NCBI GenBank assembly: GCA_043821645.1
Contig: JBDRCO010000037.1
Span: forward strand, 192,001-256,000
Length of the DNA: 64,000 nucleotides
Direction: 5' to 3'
Source of the DNA: Pseudomonadota bacterium
Lineage (GTDB): Bacteria; Myxococcota; JACRCW01; JAFGSX01
Of the stretch, positions 39,182 to 49,630 are shown piece by piece. The notes under the pieces are model-generated. The model was not told the DNA's origin. It saw only the letters and a list, made by a program, of their open reading frames with translations, and made no database searches. Every line of letters starts with the position of its first letter. Position 1 is the first letter of the stretch. Made by a program: the position numbers and the translations under genes.

Positions 39182-42100
39182 ATGAGATCGTTCACGACAT
39201 TGATGATCTGCATCGCCGCAACCGCCAGCGTGGCCTGTCAACCCGTGCTTCACCCCGAAGTCAAGGAACCCAAACCGGCCAACAGCGCGGACATCTGCAT
39301 CGCACCCGGGGCGCCGTCGAACCTTCGAATCGAGGTTCAGGTCGATGGCATTCTGGTGTCCTGGGACAGCGGAAACGGCACGGCGAGTGGCTACGTGGTC
39401 GAGCGTCGCCTGTTCCTCGATCCGACCTGGGGTGAACTCGTGCGCGTGGCCGCGGGTGAGACGAGCGTGCTCGATCAGAACAACATCCTGCTCGACGCCC
39501 AGTATGGCTACCGGGTGCTGTCCTATCGCACCGTCGAAAGCACGGGGAACTCCTGCCTTTCGGATCCCACCGACGAGGCTGTGGCCACCACCTTGCCGCG
39601 CGTCCCTGAAGATGCGGCGGCGCACGCCTTTGCAGACCGCATCGAGCTGAGCTGGCGCGACGTGAATGACTTCGAGACCGGGTACCTCATCGAGCGCCGG
39701 CGCCGTCACACCGACCGCAGCTTTCTCGAGGTGATGCAGCTCGGGCGCAACGACGAGCGGTGGACGGATACGGACCTGGTCGCGGGCGACACCTATGACT
39801 ACCACATCTTCGCGCTCAACCGCACCGGGCGCTCCAATGCCGTGCTGGTATCGGCACCCGCCACGACGTCAACCCGGGTTCCACGCCCACCGCAGCTCTC
39901 CTGGTCCGCGGCTCCCTATCTCGACACGCAGTGCGTGCTGCAGCTCGAGGCGCAGGCGGTATTTGACACCGACCTCGGGGCGGCCTACGACGCCGACCGT
40001 TCCAGTTTCAGTGCCCCCCCCCTGACCTCGCCCGCGGTGACCAGCGTGGCCGAGGGCAGCGATCGCTACGCACTGTCCGCAGCCAACACCAGCCTGGCGC
40101 AGGGGCAGGTGCTCGCGTCCTGGGAGGTCTGGGACACCCTGGAGGGCGGCGCCACCCTGCAGCGCAACCTGCTCTTACAGCGCAACTCGGTGCAACGTGC
40201 CCGCGAGCGCCTGCCGCGACCCCAGATCGGCGATGACGACGGAGCAGGGCGTCAAGCCCTCATCCCGGGCTGCGCATCCTGTCAGGGGCGTCGCGGCTCA
40301 CTCGCCCTGGGCTGGGATCACGTGTGCAGCCTCACCGACCAGGGCCAGGCCCAGTGCTGGGGTCTCAACCACGTCGGACAGCTGGGCAATGGCGTGGCCG
40401 CCTGGACCAGCAACTCGGCGGTGGTGTGCTCTGGCGACGTGGGTCAGCCCTGTGCCAGAACGCTGCAGAACGTGACCGCGCTCGATCTTGGCGAGGGCTC
40501 GACCTGCGCCGTGACCGAGGACGGCGAGGCACGCTGCTGGGGTGACAATGGCGACGGGCAGCTCGGCGACGGCTTCTGGGGCGAGGAGAGCGCCTCGGTC
40601 CCGCAGACCGTGTGCCAGGGTGGGCAGCGTCGGAATGGCACCTGCGTGTCGCTGGACAATGTGGTCTCACTGAGTGCGTCCTCGGGCTACGCCTGTGCCG
40701 TCACCGCCGACGGCGGCGTGCGCTGCTGGGGTGACCAGGGCGACCATCTTGGTCAGGGGTACATGGACGACGCCTACAACCCCACCCCGGTGTGCTCCGG
40801 GGACGTCATCTCGCCCTGCGGGGCTGTCCTCGACCAGGTCGCAGAGGTGTCGGTGGGCTACGGCTACAGCTGCGCCCTCAAGCAGGATGGTTCGGTCTGG
40901 TGCTGGGGCTACAACTCCTCCGGGCAGACGGGCAATGGATCCGACGACCAGCTGTCGATCCCGCAGCCTGTGTGCGTCCAGGGCGTGGCTGCCGAAGGGA
41001 CCTGCGTGCCGCTCACGGGCGTACTGGCCCTGGAGTCAGGCAACAACCACAGCTGCGCACTGGTGGCGGGTGGCATGCTTCTGTGCTGGGGCTCGAACAG
41101 CAGCGGGCAGCTCGGGGATGGGGGAGACGACAATCGCTTCAACCCGGCTCCGGTCTGCCTCACAGGCACCTTCGACGACGAGACCTGTGTGCCCCTCACC
41201 GGTGTCGAGAGCTTCTCTCTTGGATATGGCTACACCTGCGCCGTGCGCACCGGTGGCGAGCTCCTGTGCTGGGGCTCCAACTCCGGCGACCTGCTGGGGA
41301 CCGGGCTCAACACCGGCTCCAAGAATCCCGCGGGCGCGTGCATGGGCGGCGCCTGGGACGGGACGACCTGCACTGACGAGTTTGGCCTGGTCTATGACCG
41401 CTTTGACAGCGTCGAATCGGTCTTCGCCGGCGATGACCACACCTGCGCGATTCGCACCGACGGCTCGCTGTGGTGCTGGGGCGACAACTACTGGGGGCAG
41501 CTCGGCGATGGTACCGGCGTCAACCGCGAAAGTCCGGTCGAGGTCTGCCTGACGGGAAGCCAGGACAGCTCGGATTGCGTGCCCCTGGCTGGCGTGGCGG
41601 AGGTGGTGAGCGACGACTACGCCACCTGCGCGCGCCTCGACGACACCAGCGTTTGGTGCTGGGGCTCTGCGTCCTATGGTCGCCTGGGTATTGGCACCAT
41701 GTCGTCGTGGTACCCCAACCCCGAGCCGGTGTGTGAGAGTGGCACGGGTGGCTCCTGCGTCCCCCTGACCGGCGCCGTCCGCCTGGGCGCGGGCTGGGCG
41801 CGGGCCTGTGCCCGCCTCGACGACGGGCGACTGGTGTGCTGGGGGGATTCCACCGACGGACGCCTCGGTGCGGGCAACACCACGGACGTCAGCAATCCCA
41901 TCGACGTCTGCCTGACCGGCGAGACGGGCGTCGACTGCGTGCCCCAGACCGATGTGGTCGGGCTCGACATGAGCACCACCCACTCGTGCCTGATCAATGC
42001 CGACCACGAGCTCCTGTGCTGGGGCACATACTCCACGGGCAACCTGGGCACCTTCATCGCCAACACCGTGCCCCTGGCCCTTCCCGTGTGCGCCCAGGGT

Positions 42101-44341
42101 GCCAGCGTGACCTGCGAGCCCATGACCGGCGCTCTCGAGGTGTTTGCAGGGAGCGAGCATGCCTGTGCCATCGTCGACGTGCTCGGCGCCCGCCAGGCCT
42201 GGTGCTGGGGCGACGGCTACTACGGCGAGCTTGGCTACGGCGACAGCTACGACAGCGCCTGGCCGCAGCCGGTCTGCCTGAGCGGACTGTGGGACGGGAC
42301 GGTTTGCAGCGGCAGTGTCCTCGAGGGCGTCGAGCAGATCGCCCTGGGCGATGATCACTCCTGTGCCCGGCTCACCAGTGGCGACGTGATGTGCTGGGGC
42401 TACGGCTCCTTGCTGGGTGACCAGTGGGGCTCCAACAGCGACAACCCGGTGGCCGTGTGCCTGGGCGACTCGAGTGAAGTCAGCACCTGCGAGCCCCTGA
42501 CCGGTACCCTGGACCTGGTCGCCGGCTCCGACCACAGCTGCGCCCTGCTGGCAGATCGCACCGTGCGCTGCTGGGGCAGCAATTACCCATACACCACGGG
42601 CGACGGGCTCGCGGATACCTCCACGCGCGATGGTGCGGTGCCTGTCTGCACGCGCGGCGCCCGACAGAACGACGCCTGCTCGCTCGAAGCCCTGTCCAGT
42701 GTGCTCCAGCTCAGCGCTGGCAATAGGCATACCTGCGCCCTGCGCGATGACGGCACGGTGTGGTGCTGGGGCTCCAACAACCGGGGCCAGCTCGGCGACG
42801 GAAGCACCGAGGACAGGCGCAACGCGACACAGGTCTGCGGGAGTGGCACCCGGCTCGGTGGCGATTGCGTACCGTTGAGCAATGTGGTCGAGGTTCACGC
42901 AGGCTTCTCCCACACCTGCGCCGTGCGCCGGGTCGACGTGACCACCACCGAGGTCATCTGTTGGGGCGAAGGCCGCAACGGTGAGCTGGGCGCGGGGCCC
43001 GGTGCCCTGGCGGTCTATCCGACCGAGGTCTGCGCCAGCGGCAGCGGCAATGCCTGCGCGCCCCTGTCCGGCATCGTGAGCATCACAGCCGGTGCTGTGC
43101 ACAGCTGCGCGCTCCTCGACACTGGCGAGGTCTGGTGCTGGGGCTCGGGCCTCCTCGGCCAGCTCGGCAACGGCGATCTCGACGAGAACCGCAGCGCCAG
43201 TCCCGTGCCCGTGTGCGCGCGCGGCCGGCAATCCGACGGTACCTGCGAGCACCTGCAGGGTGTCGTGGCCCTGGCCTCCGCAGGCTGGAACACCTGCGCT
43301 CTTCTGGTCTCGGGCAGCATGGTGTGCTGGGGCGACAACCAGTTTGGCCAGGTGGGCTCGGGCCTGGTGCCTGTGGACTACCGGGGGATTGCCTATCCGC
43401 TGCTCAACCCGACCCCCGTGTGCATCTCGGGCCGGGGTATCTCCTGTGAACCACTGAGCAACGTGGTTTCCATGGATATCGGCCCGTCGCACGCCTGCGC
43501 CCTGACCTCCGCCGGCGAGCTGTGGTGCTGGGGTCGCAACGACCGCGGGCAGCTCGGGGACGGCACCTGGGCCGAGGCCGGATGCAACGACTACATCTAC
43601 AGCTCGGGCGTCACCTTGATTCCCTCGGCCTGCCGATTCCTGCCTGTGCGGGTGTGCGGCGAGGGAGCGGGACCGGGCTGCACGCCGCTGCAGGGTGTGC
43701 GCAGCGTGCGCACCGGAGATACCCACACCTGTGCCATCTTGCAGGATGGTGAGCTGCGCTGCTGGGGCGACAACCGATCCGCGCAGCTTGGCGACGGCAC
43801 CAGCGTCAGCTCGTACCTTCCGCAGCGCGTCTGGAACCAGGACAGCAGCGGCTCGCTGTCCGCGCTGACCGGAGTGGTGGGCCTGTCCCTCGCCACCTCG
43901 TCGACGTGCGCGCTGAGGCAGGATGGCACCGTCTGGTGCTGGGGCCTGTCCTGGTACGGTGAGCTTGGCAGTGGGACCTGGTACGGTGACGAGGGGTGCA
44001 CGGACTTCGAGGACTACGAGGCCCAGTGCCAGTTCCATCCGCAGCCTGTCTGCACGTCGACCAGCAGCGGCCGCTGCGACGGCCAGTGCACGGCCACCCT
44101 GGGCCAGGTGGTGGCCATCGAGGGCGGTGATCACCAGCACTGTGCCCTGCTCGAAGATGGGCAGGTGCGTTGCTGGGGTGACGGTCAGGATGGTGAGCTG
44201 GGTTCGGGCAACTCGGGCTGGGGTGCCTGGACCTGCGTGGCCGGATCGCCTTGCAGCTATCGCGACGCCACGGGCTGCGTGCCCGTCGAGGATCGCGCAA
44301 CGGCCACCTGCCAGGTACTGCAGGTCACGGCGCTCGACTGA
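39182..44341 (+). CDS. Large lipoprotein with two FN3 domains and 21 Cys-rich RCC1 repeats
   Basis: Lipobox SVAC; FN3-like segments (APSNL..VSW..GYVVER; IELSW.D..ETGYLIER..TYDYHIFA.N); 21 HxCA..G...CWG.N..GQLG.G units counted. Confidence 0.88.
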   Translation: MRSFTTLMICIAATASVACQPVLHPEVKEPKPANSADICIAPGAPSNLRIEVQVDGILVSWDSGNGTASGYVVERRLFLDPTWGELVRVAAGETSVLDQNNILLDAQYGYRVLSYRTVESTGNSCLSDPTDEAVATTLPRVPEDAAAHAFADRIELSWRDVNDFETGYLIERRRRHTDRSFLEVMQLGRNDERWTDTDLVAGDTYDYHIFALNRTGRSNAVLVSAPATTSTRVPRPPQLSWSAAPYLDTQCVLQLEAQAVFDTDLGAAYDADRSSFSAPPLTSPAVTSVAEGSDRYALSAANTSLAQGQVLASWEVWDTLEGGATLQRNLLLQRNSVQRARERLPRPQIGDDDGAGRQALIPGCASCQGRRGSLALGWDHVCSLTDQGQAQCWGLNHVGQLGNGVAAWTSNSAVVCSGDVGQPCARTLQNVTALDLGEGSTCAVTEDGEARCWGDNGDGQLGDGFWGEESASVPQTVCQGGQRRNGTCVSLDNVVSLSASSGYACAVTADGGVRCWGDQGDHLGQGYMDDAYNPTPVCSGDVISPCGAVLDQVAEVSVGYGYSCALKQDGSVWCWGYNSSGQTGNGSDDQLSIPQPVCVQGVAAEGTCVPLTGVLALESGNNHSCALVAGGMLLCWGSNSSGQLGDGGDDNRFNPAPVCLTGTFDDETCVPLTGVESFSLGYGYTCAVRTGGELLCWGSNSGDLLGTGLNTGSKNPAGACMGGAWDGTTCTDEFGLVYDRFDSVESVFAGDDHTCAIRTDGSLWCWGDNYWGQLGDGTGVNRESPVEVCLTGSQDSSDCVPLAGVAEVVSDDYATCARLDDTSVWCWGSASYGRLGIGTMSSWYPNPEPVCESGTGGSCVPLTGAVRLGAGWARACARLDDGRLVCWGDSTDGRLGAGNTTDVSNPIDVCLTGETGVDCVPQTDVVGLDMSTTHSCLINADHELLCWGTYSTGNLGTFIANTVPLALPVCAQGASVTCEPMTGALEVFAGSEHACAIVDVLGARQAWCWGDGYYGELGYGDSYDSAWPQPVCLSGLWDGTVCSGSVLEGVEQIALGDDHSCARLTSGDVMCWGYGSLLGDQWGSNSDNPVAVCLGDSSEVSTCEPLTGTLDLVAGSDHSCALLADRTVRCWGSNYPYTTGDGLADTSTRDGAVPVCTRGARQNDACSLEALSSVLQLSAGNRHTCALRDDGTVWCWGSNNRGQLGDGSTEDRRNATQVCGSGTRLGGDCVPLSNVVEVHAGFSHTCAVRRVDVTTTEVICWGEGRNGELGAGPGALAVYPTEVCASGSGNACAPLSGIVSITAGAVHSCALLDTGEVWCWGSGLLGQLGNGDLDENRSASPVPVCARGRQSDGTCEHLQGVVALASAGWNTCALLVSGSMVCWGDNQFGQVGSGLVPVDYRGIAYPLLNPTPVCISGRGISCEPLSNVVSMDIGPSHACALTSAGELWCWGRNDRGQLGDGTWAEAGCNDYIYSSGVTLIPSACRFLPVRVCGEGAGPGCTPLQGVRSVRTGDTHTCAILQDGELRCWGDNRSAQLGDGTSVSSYLPQRVWNQDSSGSLSALTGVVGLSLATSSTCALRQDGTVWCWGLSWYGELGSGTWYGDEGCTDFEDYEAQCQFHPQPVCTSTSSGRCDGQCTATLGQVVAIEGGDHQHCALLEDGQVRCWGDGQDGELGSGNSGWGAWTCVAGSPCSYRDATGCVPVEDRATATCQVLQVTALD

Positions 44342-44361
44342 CGGAGGGGAGGGTGGACACC

Positions 44362-45717
44362 ATGAGAACTCGAACAGGCTTTGTGCTCTGGGTGGCGATG
44401 GTCGCCCTGATCTCCTCCTCGGTCCGGGCTGCGGATCCCACGCCCATCGACAAGGAAGGTGTGGTCACACGTTCGACCAAGGTCAAGGACGATAAGGACA
44501 AGAAGTTCAATCTCAAGAAGGGGCAGCGGGTCGAAGTCCAGTACGAGCGCGACAACTGGTACTGGGTGCGCACCGCCAAGGGTAAGCAGGCCTGGGTCAA
44601 AAAGAAGTACGTGCGCCTCGAGAAGGCGACGGCAAGCGACGCGACGCCGGTCGTGAGTCCCAAGCTATCGCCGACCACGCCAGGGCAGCCCGCTGACGAC
44701 GGAAGCGTGCGTACGGTGAGCGCCCGCTCCGACGAGGCGGCACTTCCCGTATCCCGCCACGGCAAGACCAAGATCGCGGTACTGGACCTCAAGGGTACCG
44801 AGAACATGTCGCCCAAGCTGGTGGCTTTCCTCACTGGCGCCATCACCGAGACCCTCGATGCGCTGGGACCGTTCCAGTCCCTGTCGTCGACGGATATCTC
44901 GCGCGTGCTCGAGTACCAGGCGCGCAACCAGCTTCTGGGCTGCGAGGATGCGAGCTGCTTCGCCGAGATCAGTGCGGCCCTGGGCGCCGAGCACCTGATC
45001 AGTGGCGAGATCAGCCAGGTCAACGCGATGTACGTGGTGCAGCTGCGCCTGCACGACCCCAAGACTGGCCAGGTCGCCAAGCGTATCTCGCGCGAGTACC
45101 AGGGGGAGCCCGAGGCGCTGTTCCGGGAGGTGCGTGCGGCCGCCAAGATGCTGGTTCGCGACCTGCTGATGCAAAAGGCGGGCACCCTCAAGCTGGCGGC
45201 GAGCGAGGAGGGTGCGACCATTCGCGTCGACGATGTGGTGTTTGGCGTGACCCCGAGTGACCCCATCCCCGTCGCTGGCGGGCTGCACGCCCTGGCGATC
45301 GAGAAGGAAGGGTTCGTCGTCGCCAAGCAGGATGTCGAGGTACAGGAGGGCAAGACCGTCGAGGTCTACCTCAAGCTGGTGCCGAGCGAGGAGTACCGGC
45401 GCGATCACCGGCGTGGGGCCGAGCTGGTGCGGGGCGTGGCCCTGGCCACGGCCGGGGCCGGCGTGCTGTCGCTGGCTGCCAGCGGCTTCTTCTTCTACAC
45501 GGGTTTCGACAAGGCCTCGGCCCTGCAGCGCGATACCGAGATCTACAACGCGTCCGAGGTTCGCCAGGATTCAGTGCGCCTGGACCTGCGGGACAGACGG
45601 CAGGAGCTGGGTGTCCTCGACGTGGTGGCTCTGGGAACGGCCGGTGGTGGCCTCGGTGCCATGCTGATCGGCGGCGTGATCTTCCTGCTCGGGGACGATC
45701 CGGGCAAGTACGACTGA
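44362..45717 (+). CDS. Exported SH3 + alpha/beta (TolB-N/CsgG-like) + PEGA domain protein
   Basis: Signal peptide, SH3b-like WYWVRT..GKQAWV, KIAVLDL..LGCEDASCFAEI..ALGA, PEGA GATIRVD..GVTP..GLH.L.IEKEGF, and two C-terminal hydrophobic segments. Confidence 0.75.
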   Translation: MRTRTGFVLWVAMVALISSSVRAADPTPIDKEGVVTRSTKVKDDKDKKFNLKKGQRVEVQYERDNWYWVRTAKGKQAWVKKKYVRLEKATASDATPVVSPKLSPTTPGQPADDGSVRTVSARSDEAALPVSRHGKTKIAVLDLKGTENMSPKLVAFLTGAITETLDALGPFQSLSSTDISRVLEYQARNQLLGCEDASCFAEISAALGAEHLISGEISQVNAMYVVQLRLHDPKTGQVAKRISREYQGEPEALFREVRAAAKMLVRDLLMQKAGTLKLAASEEGATIRVDDVVFGVTPSDPIPVAGGLHALAIEKEGFVVAKQDVEVQEGKTVEVYLKLVPSEEYRRDHRRGAELVRGVALATAGAGVLSLAASGFFFYTGFDKASALQRDTEIYNASEVRQDSVRLDLRDRRQELGVLDVVALGTAGGGLGAMLIGGVIFLLGDDPGKYD

Positions 45718-45829
45718 GCCCGGTTTCTCGGCGTCCGTCATCCGGTCGAGCCAGCGTTGACTTCGCGGTGTGCGCTCACGACAATTCCGGCGCAGCGCCA
45801 GGGATGACGTCGCGTCGGAGCAGAAAACC

Positions 45830-47533
45830 ATGAAACTCGTCGAGTGTGTGCCCAATTTTTCCGAGGGCCGCGATCGCGCGGTCATCGACGCCATCGCCGC
45901 GGCCATCACCTCGGTCGACGGCGCGGCACTGCTGGATGTGGATCCGGGTGCGGCCGCGCATCGCACCGTGGTGACCTTCGTGGCGCCGCCCGAGGCCGCG
46001 GTCGAGGCAGCCTTTCGCGCCATGCGCGTGGCCAGCGAGCGCATCGACATGAGCCACCACCACGGCGAGCACCCGCGTATGGGCGCCACCGACGTGTGCC
46101 CCTTTGTGCCGGTCGCCGGTGTCACCATGGACGAGTGTGTTGCCCTGGCCCGGCAACTGGGGCAACGTGTGGGTCGCGAACTCGGCATCCCGGTGTACCT
46201 GTACGAGGCGGCGGCCACGCGCCTCGAGCGCGCGAACCTTGCCGACATCCGGCGCGGCGAATACGAGGCCCTGGCCGACAAGCTGCGCGATCCCGCCTGG
46301 CTCCCCGACTTCGGGCCTGCCGAGCTCAACGCGCGCAGCGGCGCCTCCGTCATCGGTGCCCGCGAGTTCCTCATCGCCTTCAACGTCAACCTCAACACCC
46401 GCGACAAGAAGCTGGCTCACGACATCGCCCTGGACCTGCGCGAACAGGGCCGATCGGCCCGAGGTGACGACGGAAAATTCCTGCGGGATGCCCAGGGCAA
46501 CAAGGTGGCCGTGCCCGGTCTGTTCAAGGCGGTCAAGGCTGTGGGTTGGATCATCGACGAGTACGGCTGTGCCCAGATCTCGATGAACTTGACCGACTAC
46601 AAGGTCTCGCCGCCGCACCTGGTGTTCGACAGGGCCTGCGAGCTGGCCTGGCAGCGTGGCCTGCGGGTCACCGGCAGCGAACTGGTCGGCCTCATCCCCA
46701 AGACCGCCCTGCTCGAGGCCGGGCGGTACTACTTGCGCAAGCAGGGCAAGAGCGCTGGCGTCGGTGACGACGAGCTGGTGCGCGTGGCCGTGCAGTCCAT
46801 GGGTCTCGATGACGTGGCGACCTTTGACCCGGATCAGAAGATCATCGAGCACCGCACCGGAGCCAGGGACGGCCGCCTGGTGTCCATGACAGGCCGGCAC
46901 TTCGCGGAGACCCTGGCCTCGGACGCGCCCGCACCGGGAGGTGGGTCTGTTGCGGCTCTGGCGGGATGCCACGCGGCGTCCCTGGTGGCCATGGTGGCCT
47001 CATTGACCCACGGCAAGAAGGGCTACGAGGCCGTGGCGTCGGAGATGGAGACCATTGCGGTCGAGGGCCATGCGCTCAAGGAGAGCCTGCTGGCTGCTGT
47101 CGACGCCGACACCGCGGCCTTTGATGCGGTCATGGCCGCGATGAAGCTGCCCAAGAGCAGTGACGGCGAGAAGAAGGCTCGCGACCTCGCCCTCGAGCAG
47201 GCCAACAAGTGGGCGACGCTGGTGCCGCTGTCGACCCTGCGCCAGTGCCTGCGGCCTGCCGAGCTGGCTCGCGCGGTGGCCGACAAGGGCAACCCCAACA
47301 GCCTGTCCGACGCGGGTGTCGCCGCCCTGATGGCTGCGGCCGGCGCCCGGGGCGCCCTGTACAACGTGCTGATCAACCTGCCCGGCGTGAAGGATCCGAG
47401 CTTTCGCTCGACCACGGCCAGCGAAGCTCGCGCGCTGTACCAGCAGGTGCAGCGAACCTGTGACGAGGTCGCCATTGTGGTCGAGGAGAGGCTGGCCAAG
47501 AGCCTGATGACGAGCGGCGAAGGCGACCGCTGA
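45830..47533 (+). CDS. ftcD: Bifunctional glutamate formimidoyltransferase / formiminotetrahydrofolate cyclodeaminase
   Basis: Motifs LVECVPNFSEGRD, HRTVVTF, HPRMGATDVCPFVP, GAREFLIAFNVNL and QISMNL, followed by a cyclodeaminase domain with APGGGSVAAL, GNPNSLSDAGV and NVLINL. Confidence 0.95.
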   Translation: MKLVECVPNFSEGRDRAVIDAIAAAITSVDGAALLDVDPGAAAHRTVVTFVAPPEAAVEAAFRAMRVASERIDMSHHHGEHPRMGATDVCPFVPVAGVTMDECVALARQLGQRVGRELGIPVYLYEAAATRLERANLADIRRGEYEALADKLRDPAWLPDFGPAELNARSGASVIGAREFLIAFNVNLNTRDKKLAHDIALDLREQGRSARGDDGKFLRDAQGNKVAVPGLFKAVKAVGWIIDEYGCAQISMNLTDYKVSPPHLVFDRACELAWQRGLRVTGSELVGLIPKTALLEAGRYYLRKQGKSAGVGDDELVRVAVQSMGLDDVATFDPDQKIIEHRTGARDGRLVSMTGRHFAETLASDAPAPGGGSVAALAGCHAASLVAMVASLTHGKKGYEAVASEMETIAVEGHALKESLLAAVDADTAAFDAVMAAMKLPKSSDGEKKARDLALEQANKWATLVPLSTLRQCLRPAELARAVADKGNPNSLSDAGVAALMAAAGARGALYNVLINLPGVKDPSFRSTTASEARALYQQVQRTCDEVAIVVEERLAKSLMTSGEGDR

Positions 47534-47546
47534 GGGGCGAACGAGG

Positions 47547-47569
47547 GGCCCGGGAGCCCGCTCCGGGTC
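47547..47569. terminator. Possible bidirectional hairpin between convergent ftcD and hutI
   Basis: GGCCCG(G)GAG-CCCG-CTCCGGGTC stem with no U tract. Confidence 0.3.
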
Positions 47570-47573
47570 AGAC

Positions 47574-48797
47574 TCAGGCCTCTCGCTGGTACACCAGCCG
47601 GCCCGCCTTGACCACGCGCTCGACGTGGTCTGCCCCCATGTCGGTGATCACATGGCGGGGCTCCGTGGTGTCGAGGATGACCAGATCACACTGCGTGCCC
47701 ACGTGCAGGCGGCCGATGTCGTCGCGACCCAGCGCGCAGGCAGCCTGGCGCGTGATGCCCAGCAGCGCCTCCTCGACGCTGAGACCACAGCGGGTGACGG
47801 CCAGGGTGGCGGCCAGCAGGAGGTTCTCGCAGTTGGCGGATCCCGGGTTGAAGTCGCTGGCCACGGCCACGCGCAGGCCCGCGTCGACGAGGGTGCGACC
47901 CGGTGCCGGCTTGCCCTTGCCCAGGTAGATCTCGCAGGTCGGCAGGATCACGGCGACCACGTCTGCCCGCCGCAGCTCCCGGATCTCCCTCTGGCGCGCC
48001 ACCTCGAGGTGGTCCGCGCTCACAGCCTGCAACTCGGCGGCCAGGCTGCAACCACCGAGACGATGAAACTGGTCGGTGTGCAGGCGGGCCTCGAGGTTGA
48101 GCTGCTGGCCGCGCATCAAGATGCGACGCGCCTGATCGACCGAGAAGGCTCCTTGCTCGACGTAGACGTCGCAGAATCGAGCCAGACCAGCTGCGGCTAC
48201 CGCGGGCAGCATCTCCTCGATCACGAGGTCCGTGTAGGCCTCCGTGCGGTCCCGGTACTCCGGCGGCACGGTGTGCGCGCCAAGGAAGGTCGGTGTGATC
48301 TCCACGGGCTGCAGGGCCGCCAGCACGCGCAGCACGCGCAACATCTTCAGCTCGTCGTCGAGCGACAGGCCATAACCGCTCTTGATCTCGATGGTGGTGA
48401 CACCCCGCTGCAGGGCGCGGTGCAGGCGCGGTATCGCCGCATCGACCAATTCCTCCTCGCTGGCAGCCCGGACCGCCTTGACCGTTTTCACGATCCCGCC
48501 ACCCGCAGCCGCGATGTCCAGATACGTAACGCCGCGCGCTCGTGCCGCGAACTCCTGACTGCGATCCCCGACGTGGAGCAGGTGGGTGTGGCAGTCCACC
48601 AGTCCTGGCAAAACGGCATGCCCCCGGGCATCGAGGATGGGGGTTCCGAGGGGCACGGGTGGGAGCTGGGCTTGGGGGCCGTACCAGGACACCAGGTCGT
48701 CGGCTGCGACCAGGGCTGCGTTGCGGATCACGCCCAGGCTGCTGCCGGCTCCAGGCTCGCAGGTGACCAGGTTCCCGATGTTGTGCACCACCAGCAT
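47574..48797 (-). CDS. hutI: Imidazolonepropionase
   Basis: Motifs PGLVDCHTH, AGGGI..TV, EIKSGYGL, TFLGAH, SADHL and ASDFNPGS. Confidence 0.95.
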   Translation of the reverse strand: MLVVHNIGNLVTCEPGAGSSLGVIRNAALVAADDLVSWYGPQAQLPPVPLGTPILDARGHAVLPGLVDCHTHLLHVGDRSQEFAARARGVTYLDIAAAGGGIVKTVKAVRAASEEELVDAAIPRLHRALQRGVTTIEIKSGYGLSLDDELKMLRVLRVLAALQPVEITPTFLGAHTVPPEYRDRTEAYTDLVIEEMLPAVAAAGLARFCDVYVEQGAFSVDQARRILMRGQQLNLEARLHTDQFHRLGGCSLAAELQAVSADHLEVARQREIRELRRADVVAVILPTCEIYLGKGKPAPGRTLVDAGLRVAVASDFNPGSANCENLLLAATLAVTRCGLSVEEALLGITRQAACALGRDDIGRLHVGTQCDLVILDTTEPRHVITDMGADHVERVVKAGRLVYQREA

Positions 48798-48869
48798 GCT
48801 TCTGCTCCCGCCTCTCTGCGGCGCTCCCCGCCACCTGATGTTCTGGCGCGTGATCCGCTGGCGCTGGAC

Positions 48870-49538
48870 TCAGGGCTTTCCACGTGCAGGCAAGGTCTTG
48901 CCACCAGGCAGCTCCAGGAGCCGTGCCAGGGCTCGGGCTGCGGTACGAGCCGTGGCTGCGACCAGTTCGCCATTGTCGGCAAAACCATCACACTCGAACC
49001 AGCAACCGCGCGCCGACAGTCTCAGCCGGGCACCGCGATGATCGAGGGCATAGCGCACCAGGCGTCGCGCCTCCTCGTCGTCCAGGATAGGGGCGAGCGA
49101 TGGCATCGGGTCGTCGTGAGCGAGGGCGGTGGCGCGCTCCTCCAGATCAGGCCAGGGTAGGGGCCACACGGTCCTCGCCGCGGTCACGAGGTGACTGGCC
49201 CCGGAACCGCCCGCCAGGATGAGATCGGGGCCGTGATACAGGGCGGTCTCGGCCTCGACAACACACAAAGCCTGCTCCTCGCCAGGTTGGGCGCGATGCT
49301 CACGGTACAGCCTGAAGCGCTGGCCGCTTTCGTCAAACAGGACCGCGCCGCGTCCGGGATCGCGCCGGCTGCGTTGCACCTGCCCGCCCAGGGCCGCCGC
49401 GGCTTGATCCAGGCTGCCTGCCGCCGCGAGCAGTCGCGAACGACGGCGCTGGAACAGCCACAGGCCCAGGCCAGCACCCGCGAACAGGATGACCAGAAGT
49501 AGCGTTCCGCCCACGACCCACTCCGTCGACGTTGACAC
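48870..49538 (-). CDS. Hypothetical single-pass membrane protein
   Basis: N-terminal TM segment (VVGGTLLLVILFAGAGLGLWLF) followed by RRR; fills the gap upstream of hutI. Start uncertain. Confidence 0.55.
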   Translation of the reverse strand: MSTSTEWVVGGTLLLVILFAGAGLGLWLFQRRRSRLLAAAGSLDQAAAALGGQVQRSRRDPGRGAVLFDESGQRFRLYREHRAQPGEEQALCVVEAETALYHGPDLILAGGSGASHLVTAARTVWPLPWPDLEERATALAHDDPMPSLAPILDDEEARRLVRYALDHRGARLRLSARGCWFECDGFADNGELVAATARTAARALARLLELPGGKTLPARGKP

Positions 49539-49630
49539 CGTGGCAGGGCCACCTGCGATGCGTCTATGATGCCACGACCGGGCGTGAGGTTCCACGGTCC
49601 CCTCACGGTGCTGGGTCAGCGAGAGGGTGC

